A DNA stretch of 64,000 nt from Takakia lepidozioides (GCA_030704615.1 CM060731.1:2108001-2172000); one strand, 5' to 3'; shown: positions 12,924 to 25,755, numbered from the stretch's first letter. Program-made: numbers and translations. The notes: a model not told the origin generated them from the sequence alone.

Positions 12924-14657
12924 TTATCTCACCGGCAAAGTAAGGTCACAATTTCGACATGATACAGTCACATCGCCCTTTTCAACTCGTGCATTTGTGA
13001 AACACACGGTACATCTCACTTTGGGAATTTTTGGAAAAATCACACGTTTTTGCTTTGACCGTGATATTATCATATACGATGGTCGTTTAGCTTCCGGACG
13101 AGCTTGATCAACTACATCATTTTGAATTGCAGCGCGCTTCTTGGAATTGCCATGGCCCATTCGTGTCCTCCTCACATTTTCTTGTATAGCATGTATAGAG
13201 CCTTTGGAAGGGAGCGATATTGTAGAAGGTCGATCGAAAGTGAAAGGTTTGGTAAGGGACGCAGTACACTCTTTTATCACCTCCATTTTACATGTCAATT
13301 CTTCATCACAATAATCCTCAATTCGACTTCGTAGGTTGGCAAGCTCCAATTCCAAATCATCAATGAGTTGAAGGACTTTGGGTGCAATATGACACTCACG
13401 TTAATACGTTACTTGAACGGCAAGCGTAACCGTTGAAGTTGATACCATTCGAGTCAAATTCTCCATTGCAAAAGCAATCACATTAGGATGCACCGGTAGA
13501 AAAAACTTGTCACCCTCAGACCCGTGACGATGTCCACTATGCTTATTATGAACATATATAGTAACTGGTTCTTCAAGATTGGTCTTCTCACTGTCCCTTT
13601 CTTCTTGTAAACGAATCACAACTTTAAGAAGAAACTCGCAATTGCATTTTTTTGATATTCTTACCCGTCTATCATGTGATGTATCTTGTGGGGCGTTCTT
13701 GTTCCGTTTTTTATTGCGTTTTTTTCCACTTCGATGACATTGAAATACCGTAATGCGTTTCGTCTCACGTGTCTTTGCATACTTCACACGTCTCAACACA
13801 CCATGTTTCGTGCAAATTTCATCAATGGTCATCTTCAAAGACTCTTGGGAAACATTGTAAACCTCGTCCCAAAACGACTTGTTACACACAGTACATGATG
13901 TAATACATTGTTTGACAAATGATGGTGGAATACCACCTTGTCTTCCATCAGTGCTCCAAGTATTCTTTACCGTAGCAAGCGTTTGGTACAACGGTAAGTG
14001 ATTGTCACCATTTTGAACGTGAGCTTCGGCAATGATGGACACCCAATTTTCCAAGCAAGGTACTTGCCTATTTTTTGCATCAGTTCTCGCAACTAAACTC
14101 TTACCTCCTTCAAAATAATGCAACTTGTAGTTGCATTGAAGATTTTTCCATCTTTCGAGGGTAGCTATGGGATCATTTGCATCTATAGGACGTCCATGAC
14201 TATGAGTAGGTGGTCGGAAATTGGGATCAACTTTACGAATACGTGCAAATGTTGGCAAAACATTTGTCTCTAAACATTCAATCATGAGGCTCCTACTTCC
14301 AGATGTAAATTGAATAAATTTTGGAGAACGTTCTATCTCTATATTCCCGAAAGTGCATAGAGAAGGGTCGTCACCCATTGCACATGGTTCCACATCATTG
14401 TCAATATGGAAAGTTCCATATGTCTCTTCGTGCTCGTCAAATTTGGATTCGTGTGTTGTCTCCAATCCACCATCAATATCCGACTCAACATCCGAAAGTT
14501 GAAAATATGCTTCATAAAAAAGGGGAGGTGAAAGAAGCTCACCACCTATGTGTGTACCTTCAAAAGCCTCCTCCAAACTTGCAACATATTCCAGCTCATC
14601 CTCAAAGTCCGAGAGATTAATAAATGCATCATTTGCAAGATCATCGTCATCTTCCAT
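12924..14657 (-). pseudogene. Internally deleted Mutator-like transposase: acidic N-terminus, integrase-type H2C2 zinc domain, WRKY/GCM1 (FAR1-like) domain and C-terminal C4 zinc ribbon; no DDE core visible
   Basis: IIAEAH...HL...VKQCITSCTVC; FQCHRSG...SKKCNC...NKHSGH; CTVC...CRNC; abrupt frame break at ~13400. Confidence 0.65.
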
Positions 14658-15504
14658 ATTGATTTTCTAAACCCCTACATCCTAAACCCTACATTCTCTT
14701 ACATATTTGTTCAAGGGTATTGTATGATAAAATGATAAAGGCGTGAGATGAAATAGTATATCTATGTATATCAAAGACAAAGAGGAATAGCCATAGCAAA
14801 ATGAAGCTTGTAACTATGAGACTAAGCTATGAGACTAGAACATGCAAATAAGAATACCCAGATTTTGAAGGAAATGAGAGTTACTCAGAAGACTAAACAA
14901 AGAGACAAAAGAACATACAAAACAAAAGTAGGGTCTTAGCTTTGGGATTATGACAACAACCAACATTGAGATGACAAACACTTAGAAGAGAGAAGCAAAA
15001 CAACACAAAACAACAAGGGAGTTCATATGGAGATTAGGTTACACATGTATGAACTTCATCCAAATCAAATGTATGGATGACAATTTGAAGAAAAAGATTG
15101 TAATATCAAATGTTAATTTTTAAAATATTTATAAGTTTTTTCTATTATATTTCTATATATTGTAGTCATCATAGTTGAGTTTGTATTTTTAAAACCAACA
15201 TAAACACAAAATAAAATTAAACCTAACAAGTTCATACTCTAGATGTATCAAACATAGTTCATGAGGAACATAAGATAGTGTTTTAATATTACTAAATGGG
15301 TTTCAATTTTTCATATAGATATTATTATTATTATTATTAGACTTATTAAATTAAATTATTTATTTCTGTGTTTTTATTCAACATGTTGTCTCTATATTAC
15401 TAAATGGGTTTCAACTTTTTCAAATAGATTATCATTACAATTTTTATTAAATTTGTTAAGCTAAATGATTTATTTCTGTGTTTTTTATTCAACATGTGGA
15501 ATAG

Positions 15505-15660
15505 GGCATGTTCCAGTCGCCATACACTGCAATGATTGGTGTATGGCGACCCACTGGATTCCCATACACTGATCATTGCACTGTATGGCGACCTGCTGGT
15601 CCTGCCATACACTGCACGGATTACTGTATGGCAGGTGGCAGCGACGTGGCAGCCCGTCAG
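15505..15660 (+). repeat. Palindromic TIR-like terminus (CGCCATACAC...GTGTATGGCG units) followed by a GC-rich stretch
   Basis: Three inverted ccatacactg/gtatggc pairs directly after an AT-rich flank. Confidence 0.5.
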
Positions 15661-16729
15661 GGGTGGGGCGACGTGGCAGGGGAGGGGCAACGTGGCAGGG
15701 AGCTCGCTTGAAGGCAAGCGGCGATCAGGAGGAGCGGAGGTGGCAGGGAGCGCGGAACAAGGCAGCGCGGGCATGAGGACGGGAGCCCGGGCCCGCGGCA
15801 GTATCCTAAAAACGCTTGGGACATAGTGCCGAGGGCGGCCCAGGCTGCCCCTGGACCGCGGCCCCGACCGCCCGCGGTCGCCGCTGGGTCCGCCGCCATC
15901 GGGTCCCTGGTGGGTCTGCCCAAGCTCGGTCTGCCCGCTGGTGGCGCATGTCGTCCGGCAGACCACCCCAGACCGGCACAGCAGACCCAGACCTACGTGG
16001 CGCGCATCTGCCCGTTCAGATCCGGTTTTATCCAACCGTCCGGATTTAGGGCATGCCATGGCACTCACCGATCTCCTCAGACCCCCTTTGCTCTTTTCTC
16101 TTTTCTCTGTTGCCTATCATGTGTCGTTGTTGCTTGTTGCTGTTTGTTGTTTGACTGTTTAGAACCAACAGACTCGCCCGATTGTGAAGAATCCCTTTGC
16201 ATGACTCCATGGACTCTCGTAGCAACGTCGGAGTCCATCGTTTCAATCCACAACCTCCTTTGTTCATATGCTTCTACTATTTTTGCTATGTTGTTCGCCT
16301 ATTCGTGGGACTGTTTGAGCGCGGGGAAGACGTCCTTGTTTACATTGAGTTTACATTGCAGACTTGAATGGAAGTATTTAGGTCTTTGCTAACAAGTACG
16401 ACTCATTTTAGCGGGCAACAATTGAGAATCGGCCTTTCCCTTGTCACACTGTCTTGTTTGAGGCTTGTCCACCATATAGCATGTGTAGAATGGCATTGCA
16501 ATAATGGCGGAAGCATATGTGCATGGCTGGCTGTATAAAATTCAGATTTCCTCCCGAGTTCCGTCTCTTGGATGTTGTTTGCAGGTGGACCCATCGATGC
16601 AGGACTAGATGGGCATGTGTGGCGAAATTTTTTGCGCATCGAACCAGTGGACCTTCCAAATGTTACCATGACAGTGCGGGGATGCACAGACCCAGCCGAG
16701 GGGACCATTGAAATGGTCAAACGGGTGGG

Positions 16730-17110
16730 GACACAATGCAGACAGAGGGCAGACCAGATGGGAAGAGCAGGAGAAGAGAAGAGTGCACCATGCCAGTCCA
16801 AACGAGAAGACCGAACCAACAGACCAGCCTGGAGAACTCTGGGCAGACCCCGGCGGCAGACCGAGGGCAGACAATCTTTGCCAGACGAATGCGACAGACC
16901 AGTGCTACAGACCTGCACGGTAGACCCTTTTGACAGACCCGTTCGGCATACCATACGGCATACCCCTATGTCTGACCCGGCCGACAGACCCGTTTGACAG
17001 ACCAGACTGACAGACTCGATTGGCAGGCCTGATTGACAAACCCGATTGGCAGACCCTCGCAACAGACCGACAGCAGACCGGCATGGCGGAAGGACTTAGG
17101 GCAGACCATG
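16730..17110 (+). repeat. Degenerate (G/C)CAGACC minisatellite
   Basis: More than 20 cagac/cagacc motifs in one orientation. Confidence 0.75.
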
Positions 17111-17164
17111 GAAGACCTTGACGGCGGCCATTATTGTGCCGCCGGGACATTTGATGTTTCGGCG

Positions 17165-17852
17165 GCAGTCCTGATGAATATTGACCTATTATTTTGAAGG
17201 GGAGGTGGTTCCGATCCAACACTATAGGGGCAAATACAACACTACAACAAGATGAATGTGGCTTCATGCGAGTCAATGCGGATAGGATCCTTCCCTGTAG
17301 TCGCATCACTGACGAGCCATTTTCATGGCCTTCCAATATGGAGCAAGTCTTCTTTTCCGCGGATAATACTAGATCGGGCAATTGGAAGGTGGTTGTGCAT
17401 GCTCGGCCAAGAGGAAGGCGCATTTATCATGCGAGGGTTCTAAGTGGGGTATGGAAGATGAAGACCCACGGTATCACCAAGAGGAGGGGGAAGAGGCCGT
17501 GCAAGAGGAAGATGAGGCCGAGGATGAGGGTGGAGATGATGATGCATGGGAACAACTGGCCTCCAACACTAACGTTGGAGATCGTGAACTAAACATTGAG
17601 GTGGGCATTGAAGAGGAGGATGACGAGGAGGCGTCTGAAGACGAGGATATAATGAAGAACATGAAGAACATGATCCTCATCCTATGGTTCAGCCGGTGCA
17701 TGAGCCATATCATGGGTATACGGATGATGATTCGCCGTGTGATGAGGCTTCAGATAAGGAGGACATTAATGTTGATGATGATCATGAGTATGCTAGAGAA
17801 GATTTGGAGCTTGACAATGAAGATGACCCTCACGATGATATTCCGGAGTAGT
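17165..17852 (+). pseudogene. CACTA/EnSpm TnpD C-terminal fragment (DUF4216-like) with an acidic tail
   Basis: ILKGRWF...QDECGFMRVN...DEPFSWPSNMEQVFFSAD...WKVVVHARPR fits the DUF4216 pattern. Confidence 0.8.
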
Positions 17853-18062
17853 AGTGTCCGTGTGTGCTAGTAGGACTAGTATTAGCACCGAACTATTTGC
17901 ATCCTACGAGTTCTCGCTGGATGCTTGGGACCTCAAGATACAACATGAGTGAGATGTGTATGACAGATGTAAGGTTGTTTTGAGACCGGGATCGCGTAGA
18001 GGGGCATAATAGATATTCTCTTGTTGTACTTTGTATACATTAACCGATAAACTGATTGATGG
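17853..18062 (+). pseudogene. 3' remnant (C-terminal motif and 3' UTR) of the SET-domain gene found at 25756-27338
   Basis: VCASRT..STELFASYEF; DNA aligns by eye with the reverse complement of ~25640-25850. Confidence 0.75.
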
Positions 18063-18123
18063 GTATCTTTCTTCTTGTTGCTTATCTTTTGTTGCTCATC
18101 TTTAATAAAGCAAAGTTTCAAAG

Positions 18124-19331
18124 TTTAAGAGCAAACAAAAATCATTTGGATGGGCAACCATCCGTTGGCCCATTGAATGAATTTTGATTGATCTCATATT
18201 TGTCCGGGACATGTCGGATGGTATGCAAAACATACCCGCAAGTATTCAAAGCAAAACAAAATCATTTGGATGGTTGACGGTTTGATCGCCCTTTGATTGA
18301 ATTTCAATTGATGTCATATTTGATCGGGACCTATTAGATGATATACTGAACATACTGGCAAAGTTTGAAAGTAAACAAAAGTCATTTGGATGGTCAACTG
18401 TTTGTTTGCCCTTTGAATGGACATATACGTGTTGTGAAGACGGAAAGCTGCGTTTTGCCTTCACATGAAATTTTTTTAACTCCATTTTTCAACCATATGC
18501 TTAATGACAGCATATGCAATGTGCGTGCAAAATTTGGGAGTGAACAAAATTCATCTGCACCCAAAACCATATTTTCTGCCCTCGTTTGCACTCCAAAGTT
18601 GATTTGCTCTCAACTTTCATGCACTCTTCATAGAGAGTTCTACAATAGTGACCTCTTTATTTATTTATTTTATTTTATTTTATTTTTGTTTGGTCCGAAT
18701 TTTTGCATAGATGTAGTAGTGTGGGGTTTTGAATTCACAAAACAAAATTGAGCAGAAAACAAAATCATTATGTAGCAAAAAACCGCAATCATGGTAATTG
18801 TAAATCCAATTTTGTATTTAAAATTCATTAAAATTCGATTTAATTCAAAATTGGTTGAGGAGTGAGTGCGTCGTTGGGGAGGCAAATGTTTTTTTTTTCT
18901 ATTGAATCTTTGCACATGTGTTACACATATATTCAAGCATATGGAGGCAAAAGTTGAGCTTGAATCACATCCGTTCATGGGTGCAGTAGCCGTTCACCCA
19001 TGAGAGGATTTTTTCTTACAATGAACAAAATTGGATGACAGGGTGAAATTGTCCTTGGGGGGCAAATGAGTTTGTTTTGTTTTGAAAAAAAAAACTCCGG
19101 TCGAGGCCGGCATAACTAAGAGCCACTTCGCCTTGCGGCCATGGGTGCAATAGCCGTTCACCCATGAGAGGATTTTTTCTTACAATGAACAAAATTGGAT
19201 GACAGGGTGAACTTGTCCTTTGGAGGCAAATGAGTTTGTTTTGTTTTGAAAAAGAAGACTCCGGTCGAGGCCGGCATAACTAAGAGCCACTTTGCCTTGC
19301 GGCTACTGCCCCTTTTCAGGGGTGGGCCCTG
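18124..19331. other. Inserted block (satellite unit plus two LINE 3' ends) bounded by a 21-bp direct repeat
   Basis: taataaagcaaagtttcaaag at 18103-18123 and 19332-19352; ~120-bp repeats at 18124-18420; LINE-end copies at ~19093-19140 and ~19255-19330 inside a ~165-bp tandem duplication. Confidence 0.75.
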
Positions 19332-19416
19332 TAATAAAGCAAAGTTTCAAAGACAGATTCGTTTTTATTATTTAGGCGCATCACCTAGGTAATTTCCAAA
19401 CATTAGGCATGTATTA

Positions 19417-19690
19417 CAGTCGACCTTGGATAATACTGAACAGTTATTTTTTACCTCCCTCAAAAACTATTGTTGAGGTAATTTTCTTGTAAAGAAACAT
19501 AATGGTCTTGAAAATAGATATTACCTCAACAATTGTTTATGACCTCCCTAAAAAACTATTGTTGAGGTAATTTTTCTTGTAAAGGAACATAATGGTATTG
19601 AAAATTGATATTATCTCAACAATTGTTTTTTACCTCTCTCGAAAACTATTGTTGAGGTAATTTTCTCTTTAAAAAAACATAATGTTTGAT
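19417..19690 (+). mobile_element. Tc1/mariner (pogo-like) MITE end with three subterminal repeats
   Basis: TA|CAGTCGACCTTGGATAA terminus; aaaaactattgttgaggtaatttt repeated 3 times. Confidence 0.55.
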
Positions 19691-19869
19691 ATGTGATTGA
19701 GAGCATGAGCCGATGTCTTGCAAACATGCATATCGAGGATGATGATGTTCCTGACCTTCACATTCTCTCAGATTCGGAAGATTCACATGAGATAGGTGAT
19801 GAGAATTATGAAGATGTAGTTGCATGAATGCAAGACCCTTTCGAAGTTGTGTGGACATGAAATTATAAA

Positions 19870-20700
19870 GGCATTTTTTCCATTTTTTGGACTTTAAAAA
19901 ATACAATTTAGACATTTGTTGTTCACATATTTGGATATTTTGGTGTTTTTCACAATTTTCGAGCAATTAGGCACTTCTCAGGAAAATTTTCCAAGTTTTT
20001 AGGCACATTTTCCAAAAAATATTATAAATTTAATTAGGCACTTGATTTTGAATTAATTATTGCATAATAAGCTAGGTCAGTACGGTACCGGCCGCTTCAT
20101 AGTTTTATAAAAAGAGAATAAAGTGACCGCACAATTGACGGTCGTTTTTTTAAAATTTATTTATTTGAAATTTATTTAAATTCGATTTAATTCAAAATTG
20201 GTTCAAGGTGAGTGCGTCGTTGAGGAGGCAAATGTTTTTTGGACTTTTAAGCTTTCTTTGGACTTTAAATAATACAATTTAGACATTGTTTGCACATTTT
20301 TGGACATTTTGGTGTTTTTCACAATTTTTGAGCAATTAGGCACTTCTCACGAAATTTGTCCAAGTTTTAGGCACATTTTTCAAACATTTTCTAAATTTAA
20401 TTAGGCACTTGATTTTGAATTAATTATTGCCTAATAAGCTAGGTCAGTACGATAGCGGCCGCTTCATAGTTTTATAAAAAGAAAATAAAGTGACCGCACA
20501 ATTGACAGTCTTTTTAAAAAAATATTTAAAAATATTAAGCGGTCGTTTGTATTTTTAATTTTATAAATATAAATCCATACTAGCGGTCGCTTGTATTATT
20601 AATTTCATAAATATAAAGCCATATTGGCGGTCGATTTTTTTCTCATTTTAAAAAATTTGAAGCGATGGTCATATTGGTGGTCGTTTGATTTATATTTTTA
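19870..20700. repeat. ~365-bp duplication running into a degenerate GCGACC/GGTCGC palindrome array
   Basis: 19890-20150 matches 20260-20515; many gcggtcg/gaccgc motifs between A/T spacers, similar to 39150-40220. Confidence 0.7.
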
Positions 20701-20743
20701 AAAATATGAAGTGAAGATTGGAGGGCTCATTGTCAGAATCAGA

Positions 20744-21777
20744 TAGGGCGATTCAAAACATATCTACCAGTGTTGGGCGGGTATATTGATATATATATAT
20801 ACCCTGGTGTGGCAAGTTTAGGTACCCGGATGTATACCCTTATATCAGGGTATATTTTTATGATATACCCTTATCCTTATATTTACCCTGCATCAAGACC
20901 CTCAATATACCCTACTTTCCTGAAGGGTATATGTTAAAATGAAGGGTATATCTAATCAGGGTATATAAGGGCCTTTATGTGCCTTCATAGCCTTTATGTG
21001 CTAGGTCTTTTCTCTTTTTGTTGTGTTGTTAGGGAGCCTTGAGCTATAAGAAAGCTCCAATCACAGCTAAAACAAATGTTACATATATATCATTCCTTAA
21101 ATGTCATATGACCCAAACAACACCTCTTTAGATCTCGCATATATATATATATATATATACATAAAAGGAAACCTGACAGCCCACAATTTAGGTCCTTGAA
21201 GGGTTTTTATTTATTTATTTATTTAAGGAAATATGGGAGTGACAGCCCACAATTCAGGCCCTTGAGGAGGGGGAAAGATTAACCCCCTTTAATTTATGGG
21301 CCATGAGACCTACGAGACGATCAACGCCCAGACATACCGTCACACGAACAATCCCACACATGGGGCAGGGCAGCGGGTTCGAACCCCGAACCACCTGAGT
21401 GACACACACTGTGCACTTACCAGCTGAGCTACCAGCTGATGTGTTTTTTTTTTAATCTCAAACCTCCTCCATCTTGCATTGGAAATTAACACCAAAATAT
21501 TATGCAATATCTTATCAATTTTCTCTTTTACCATAGATTGTTTTTTTTTGTGTTTTGTACATATTGAAGAACATCATATATTCTTTAGAACCATTAAATT
21601 ATATATTAATGGAAATAACTATCCATACCCGGAAACTATTCATACCCTCACGGTATATTTTGGCATATATCCATACCCAGGGGCTTTATAGAAATCTGAA
21701 AAGTTAATTTATCCATACCCGGAGGGTAAATGATTTGACAAAAATAACTTACTTATACCCTAAGGGTATATTGAATA
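20744..21777. mobile_element. Non-autonomous hAT-like MITE with TACCC/GGGTA subterminal repeats; right TIR cut by the LINE
   Basis: TAGGGCGATTCAA start; dense taccc/gggta clusters at 20780-20970 and 21620-21770; ends ttgaat before (GA)n. Confidence 0.55.
21204..21438 (-). mobile_element. tRNA-derived SINE
   Basis: A box TAGCTCAGCTGG, B box GGTTCGAACCC, non-tRNA body, (AAAT)n tail at 21204-21226. Confidence 0.8.
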
Positions 21778-21799
21778 GAGAGAGAGAGAGAGAGAGAGA

Positions 21800-23985
21800 G
21801 AAGACTCCGGTCGTGGCTGGCGTAACTAAGAGCCACTTCGCCTTGCGGCTACTGCCCTTTTTCAGGGGTGGGCCCTATGTAAAACCGGTGTCCAGGGGAC
21901 ACCAAGTAACCAATATGGGGGGGTGGCATCTGGTAGAGGCAGTACCGCATGGCACCCAAGGGGGGCCCGTGGGGGGCACCCCAAGGGTGCTCATCAGGTA
22001 ACCAACTATATGTATCTATGAGGCATGAGCCGGGTTTGATTCGAGCTGTCGTTTGTTGGTGATGATAGCAGTGAGAGAGCGGAGGGCTGTGAGGTGTATG
22101 GCTTTGAAGCATTTATGGATGGAAATGATGGGGAGTTTAAAGTTATTGTGAAGTTCAGAGATGCTGGCATTGTGGATGCCCCCTCTGGTGCCGGCAGTGA
22201 TGACAGTGAGGGGGCCTGTGGTCCAACCCCTCCGGCGAATAGCAAGAATAAGTGGTGCATATTTTTGGCGTTTTTTGGTATGGCTGAGAGAGGTAGAGGC
22301 CTGTTTATTGGCTTCTTTAGTCAGGGAAGTCAGGAGATTTCGGATGGGTCTGGACTCTGGGAGGCCAGGGATTGGGTGTATTAGCCAGAAAGGGTGAGTA
22401 TAAGCGATATGTATAGGGTCATCTGAGGGTTCAACTGGAGGTTGGGAGGCACCCAGTTGGGCGAGGAGGTCAGCCTCCTCGTTGCCGTGGATACCTGTGT
22501 GTGAACGAACTTTGAGAAAATGAAGAGGTTGATTGATGGAGATGGCTAGGTTGATAATGGCGGTGATAAGGTTTCGGTCGGGGTGGTGGAGGTGGGAGGA
22601 GGGACAAGCCAAGTGGTTGCAAAGAATAAAGAGAGAATTTAGGCTATCCGTGAAAAGGTAGTATGGGGGTGGGAGGTTAGTTGTGACAGAGCTTCAAAAA
22701 TGGCCATAAAGTTCGGCGCGGAGTATGGTCGCAGGGCCTGGGAGGCGATGAGCGGTTCCCTTGTTAGTAGCGGTATGGTAGACGCCATATCCGGCGCGCG
22801 AGCCAGATTGGGAGCCGTCTGTAATGGGAATGGAGGGGGGGGGGGGGGGTATTGAAGGGGCCCAAGTTGGGGGCGGGGGTGGGGGGGGGGGGGGGGGGGT
22901 GGGGGGGGGGGGGGGCGTTGTGGGAGATAGCTATAAGTGCTGGGGCGGGGGGCGCGAAGGGTCCATGCTTTTAGCTTAGTGGGTTGGTCTGGCGGTAGGG
23001 TTGCATGTTGGGAGGTGATAGTGGGTGAGTACATGCTTGGGTATCGGAAAGTAGACTATTGATATGCACGGGGAAATCGGTGGGTACGGGGGGGCATGAG
23101 GTAGCTTGGACAAGGAGAATTAGGGTCAGAGTAGTTTCTTTGTGGCGGAGGTATTTGGGAATGGTGGTTGTCTGTGTAGTGAAGATGTGTTTGGTCAATA
23201 GCGGCTAATGGTATCACTCTAAGGGAAGTTGTAGAAGGGGTGTTGGGGTCAGTGAGTTTTGTTGTGTAGAATGATAATATGGAGGCGGAGGAAGAGGAGT
23301 GGGCGGCGAGCGGCGCGCCCATAGAAGAGCTTCATGAGTGAGGGCCCGGAGGTGGGTGCGCAAGGCCACCTCTTGACCAAGAGTGTCGGGTTAGCGGGGC
23401 CGAAGGCCCGAATACACAGTCTCCTCTTGGGTGCGGGCTGGCGTAAGAAGAAAGCTCAGAGGGCATGTAAGTGGGGCTGGAGTAGTAGGAGTGGGTAAGC
23501 TGGAATGTAAAGAATGAGGAATTTGAGGATGTCAAGGTATAAGTGCTATGGGTATATGCTTGAGCTATTTTGTCCGGGGTGTGGGGTTTTTTGGTAGGGG
23601 TATCGCGCCAATATCGGTCAACAAGCCAGCATACCTCAGTGGCGAAGTCTTGTTTTGGGGGCTGTAGGGAGGTGGCGTCAGTTAAGGAGGCGTCATAGCT
23701 GTCCCAGAGCCAGGCAAGCCTGACATTGGAGATGGAGCCGGTGAAGTGACCGTTAAGTGTGTAGATATGGGATGCCCGACGCCTAGGGCAAATAATTGGG
23801 GGATTTTGGTCAATATCTTTGTCGGGGTTGCATCAGAGATATATATATGTATATGTGGGGCGTTCAAGGGGGTACGGATGTATCGAGCGTCTATTGGTTT
23901 GGATTTGAGATACATGATGTTGGTGGTGTACATTAATAATTGGTGTTAGTTGTTTTGTAGAAGGTGATAAGGCGGCGACGGTTGT
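21800..23985 (-). mobile_element. 3' half of a LINE: methyltransferase-like segment, RNase H, restriction-like endonuclease C-terminus and 3' UTR (Dualen/RandI-like)
   Basis: RNase H motifs TDGS (~22815), RAEL (~22715), FTDS (~22650), KVRSHTGIHGNEEAD; KKRQKYAPLILAIRRRGW..VITAGTRGGIH; pyrimidine tail. Confidence 0.8.
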
Positions 23986-23992
23986 GAGCCTA

Positions 23993-24073
23993 GTGGAAAT
24001 TCCCTTTGGTTGTTGGCAGTCCGTAACAGCTCCCCACACCTTGGTTGCTTTCCAGCTCGCACGCTTACTCACT
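23993..24073. repeat. 80-bp fragment of the 725-bp LTR family at the LINE inversion junction
   Basis: Matches 43177-43256 and 49037-49113. Confidence 0.85.
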
Positions 24074-25545
24074 ATCAACGGCAGCATATGCGGACGACCT
24101 CGCTATTCTCGGCACCAAGCCTCAGCACCTCAACCGACAGCGGACAAATTATCCCGCTTTAATCAATGGTCTGGTATGGAACTAAGCCTCAATAAATGTG
24201 TGGTCACCACCGCTACCCACGGCAGTAAGCTCACAAAAATCCACGATAGCTTCCCACTGCATGCTCCAATCTGCACTAATCAACAAAAATCTTTCTCTTT
24301 TTGGGCCCGGATGAACCCTACACCTATTCTAGGCATACAATTGGTTCCATCACTAACCTGGCATATACAAGAACACCACTCTTTCCAACTAACCAACAAG
24401 AGTTTAGCTCTACTCATTGCCCCCATCTCCATCCACCCTAAAATAACTATCATCCAAAGAGTTCTCAACCCTTAAATCCAATACGCCTTTCACGCGGCCC
24501 CCTTCTCTATGCCGGATATCAAACTACTCGACACCAATATTATCAACTCACCAAACGCATTTGTGGCCTCCCCACCATCACCCCTAACGTTCTTACCCAC
24601 TTCCACATGACAGTTTTGGGGATTGGTTCTAGCCCCCTGATCATCTCATATGCCCGCACCCTCGGCTCACAACTTATCGAGGCTCTTACGACCCAGGCCG
24701 TCTCGGTCTAATCTTTCGAGTTCCTCCTAACACATAGCGTATAATATAATGGCCTTATATTCCCTCCCTCCCCTCCACCCCACAATCTTGCCTCCATTCC
24801 CCCACCGCCCCTACGCTATTTATCCTACGCCAATTGAAAATCAGCATTCAAACCGACCTTCCCGGATACCCCACTCCATATCTCAACTTGAACGGGCATG
24901 GCTCAGCAGCCTAGTCTTCACACAATTTGAACCAAACCACCCCCGTGAAAGGAACTTGTCCTTGCCTACTTTAAAGCACGCCATATTACCACTCTCACCC
25001 ACTCACCACCGCCACGGGGAACCGGCTACTACCCACCCCCACCAATTTACCTTGAAACCTTCTCGTGCTAACCATCAAAACATGCAGATACCTGCTTCAT
25101 CTCTGATCTTTATTTTGCCACCAGACCGCCTCGTACACCCTCGACTGTGACCTACCATGCCACTCTTCCCCCATCATAAGCAAGACCTCCTCCCAATTTC
25201 AGAACAGCCCCAGCCCCAAACCTCCATATTACAACAGCCCATGACCTCCCATAACACTCCGGAATACCCTCCCCCAACTCCCACCCCCCCCCCCCCCCAA
25301 CCCCGTTGATTGCCTTGAGCAACTTTCCCCCTACCCTCTAAACCCCCCCACCCCCCCCTCCTTCCCCCTGCCTAGCCAACCCCGACCACCCCGAGGCCTT
25401 CGTCATTGAAGCTATTCTCGGCATCAAGACTCAAACTCCCCTCCCTCGACGTACATGGCGCCACTTGTGTTGACACATATTACCTATGGCGGGTTCCTGC
25501 ATCTGAGAACACTTGGCAGATCGAAGACAACCTCTTTGGAACCCA
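24074..25545 (+). pseudogene. Inverted LINE segment: RT (YADD and thumb) and a chromodomain-like segment
   Basis: AAYADDLAIL at 24081-24110; WSGMELSLNKC; ILGIQL; FVIEAILG...YYLW..ASENTWQIEDNL at ~25398-25535. Confidence 0.78.
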
Positions 25546-25755
25546 TGATGAGCCCCATTATTTGGTCCACATGTGCATAAGTATGTTTAGATCACATATG
25601 CAAAGTTGCAACCCACACGAGCAACAAATTTTTTTTTTTACATCAATTGATTAATCGGATGTATACAAAGTACATCATGAGAATATCTACAATGCCCCTC
25701 TACACGATCCATGTCTCAAAGGAACCCTATTTCTATCATACACATCCCACTCATG

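Noticed and set aside
15400-17062. ORFs of 90-220 aa in the GC-rich and CAGACC regions
   Set aside because: Open frames explained by high GC and repeats; no recognisable domain
21362-21438. Functional tRNA gene
   Set aside because: A and B boxes are present but there is no convincing acceptor or anticodon stem; it continues into a body and an (AAAT)n tail, so it is a SINE
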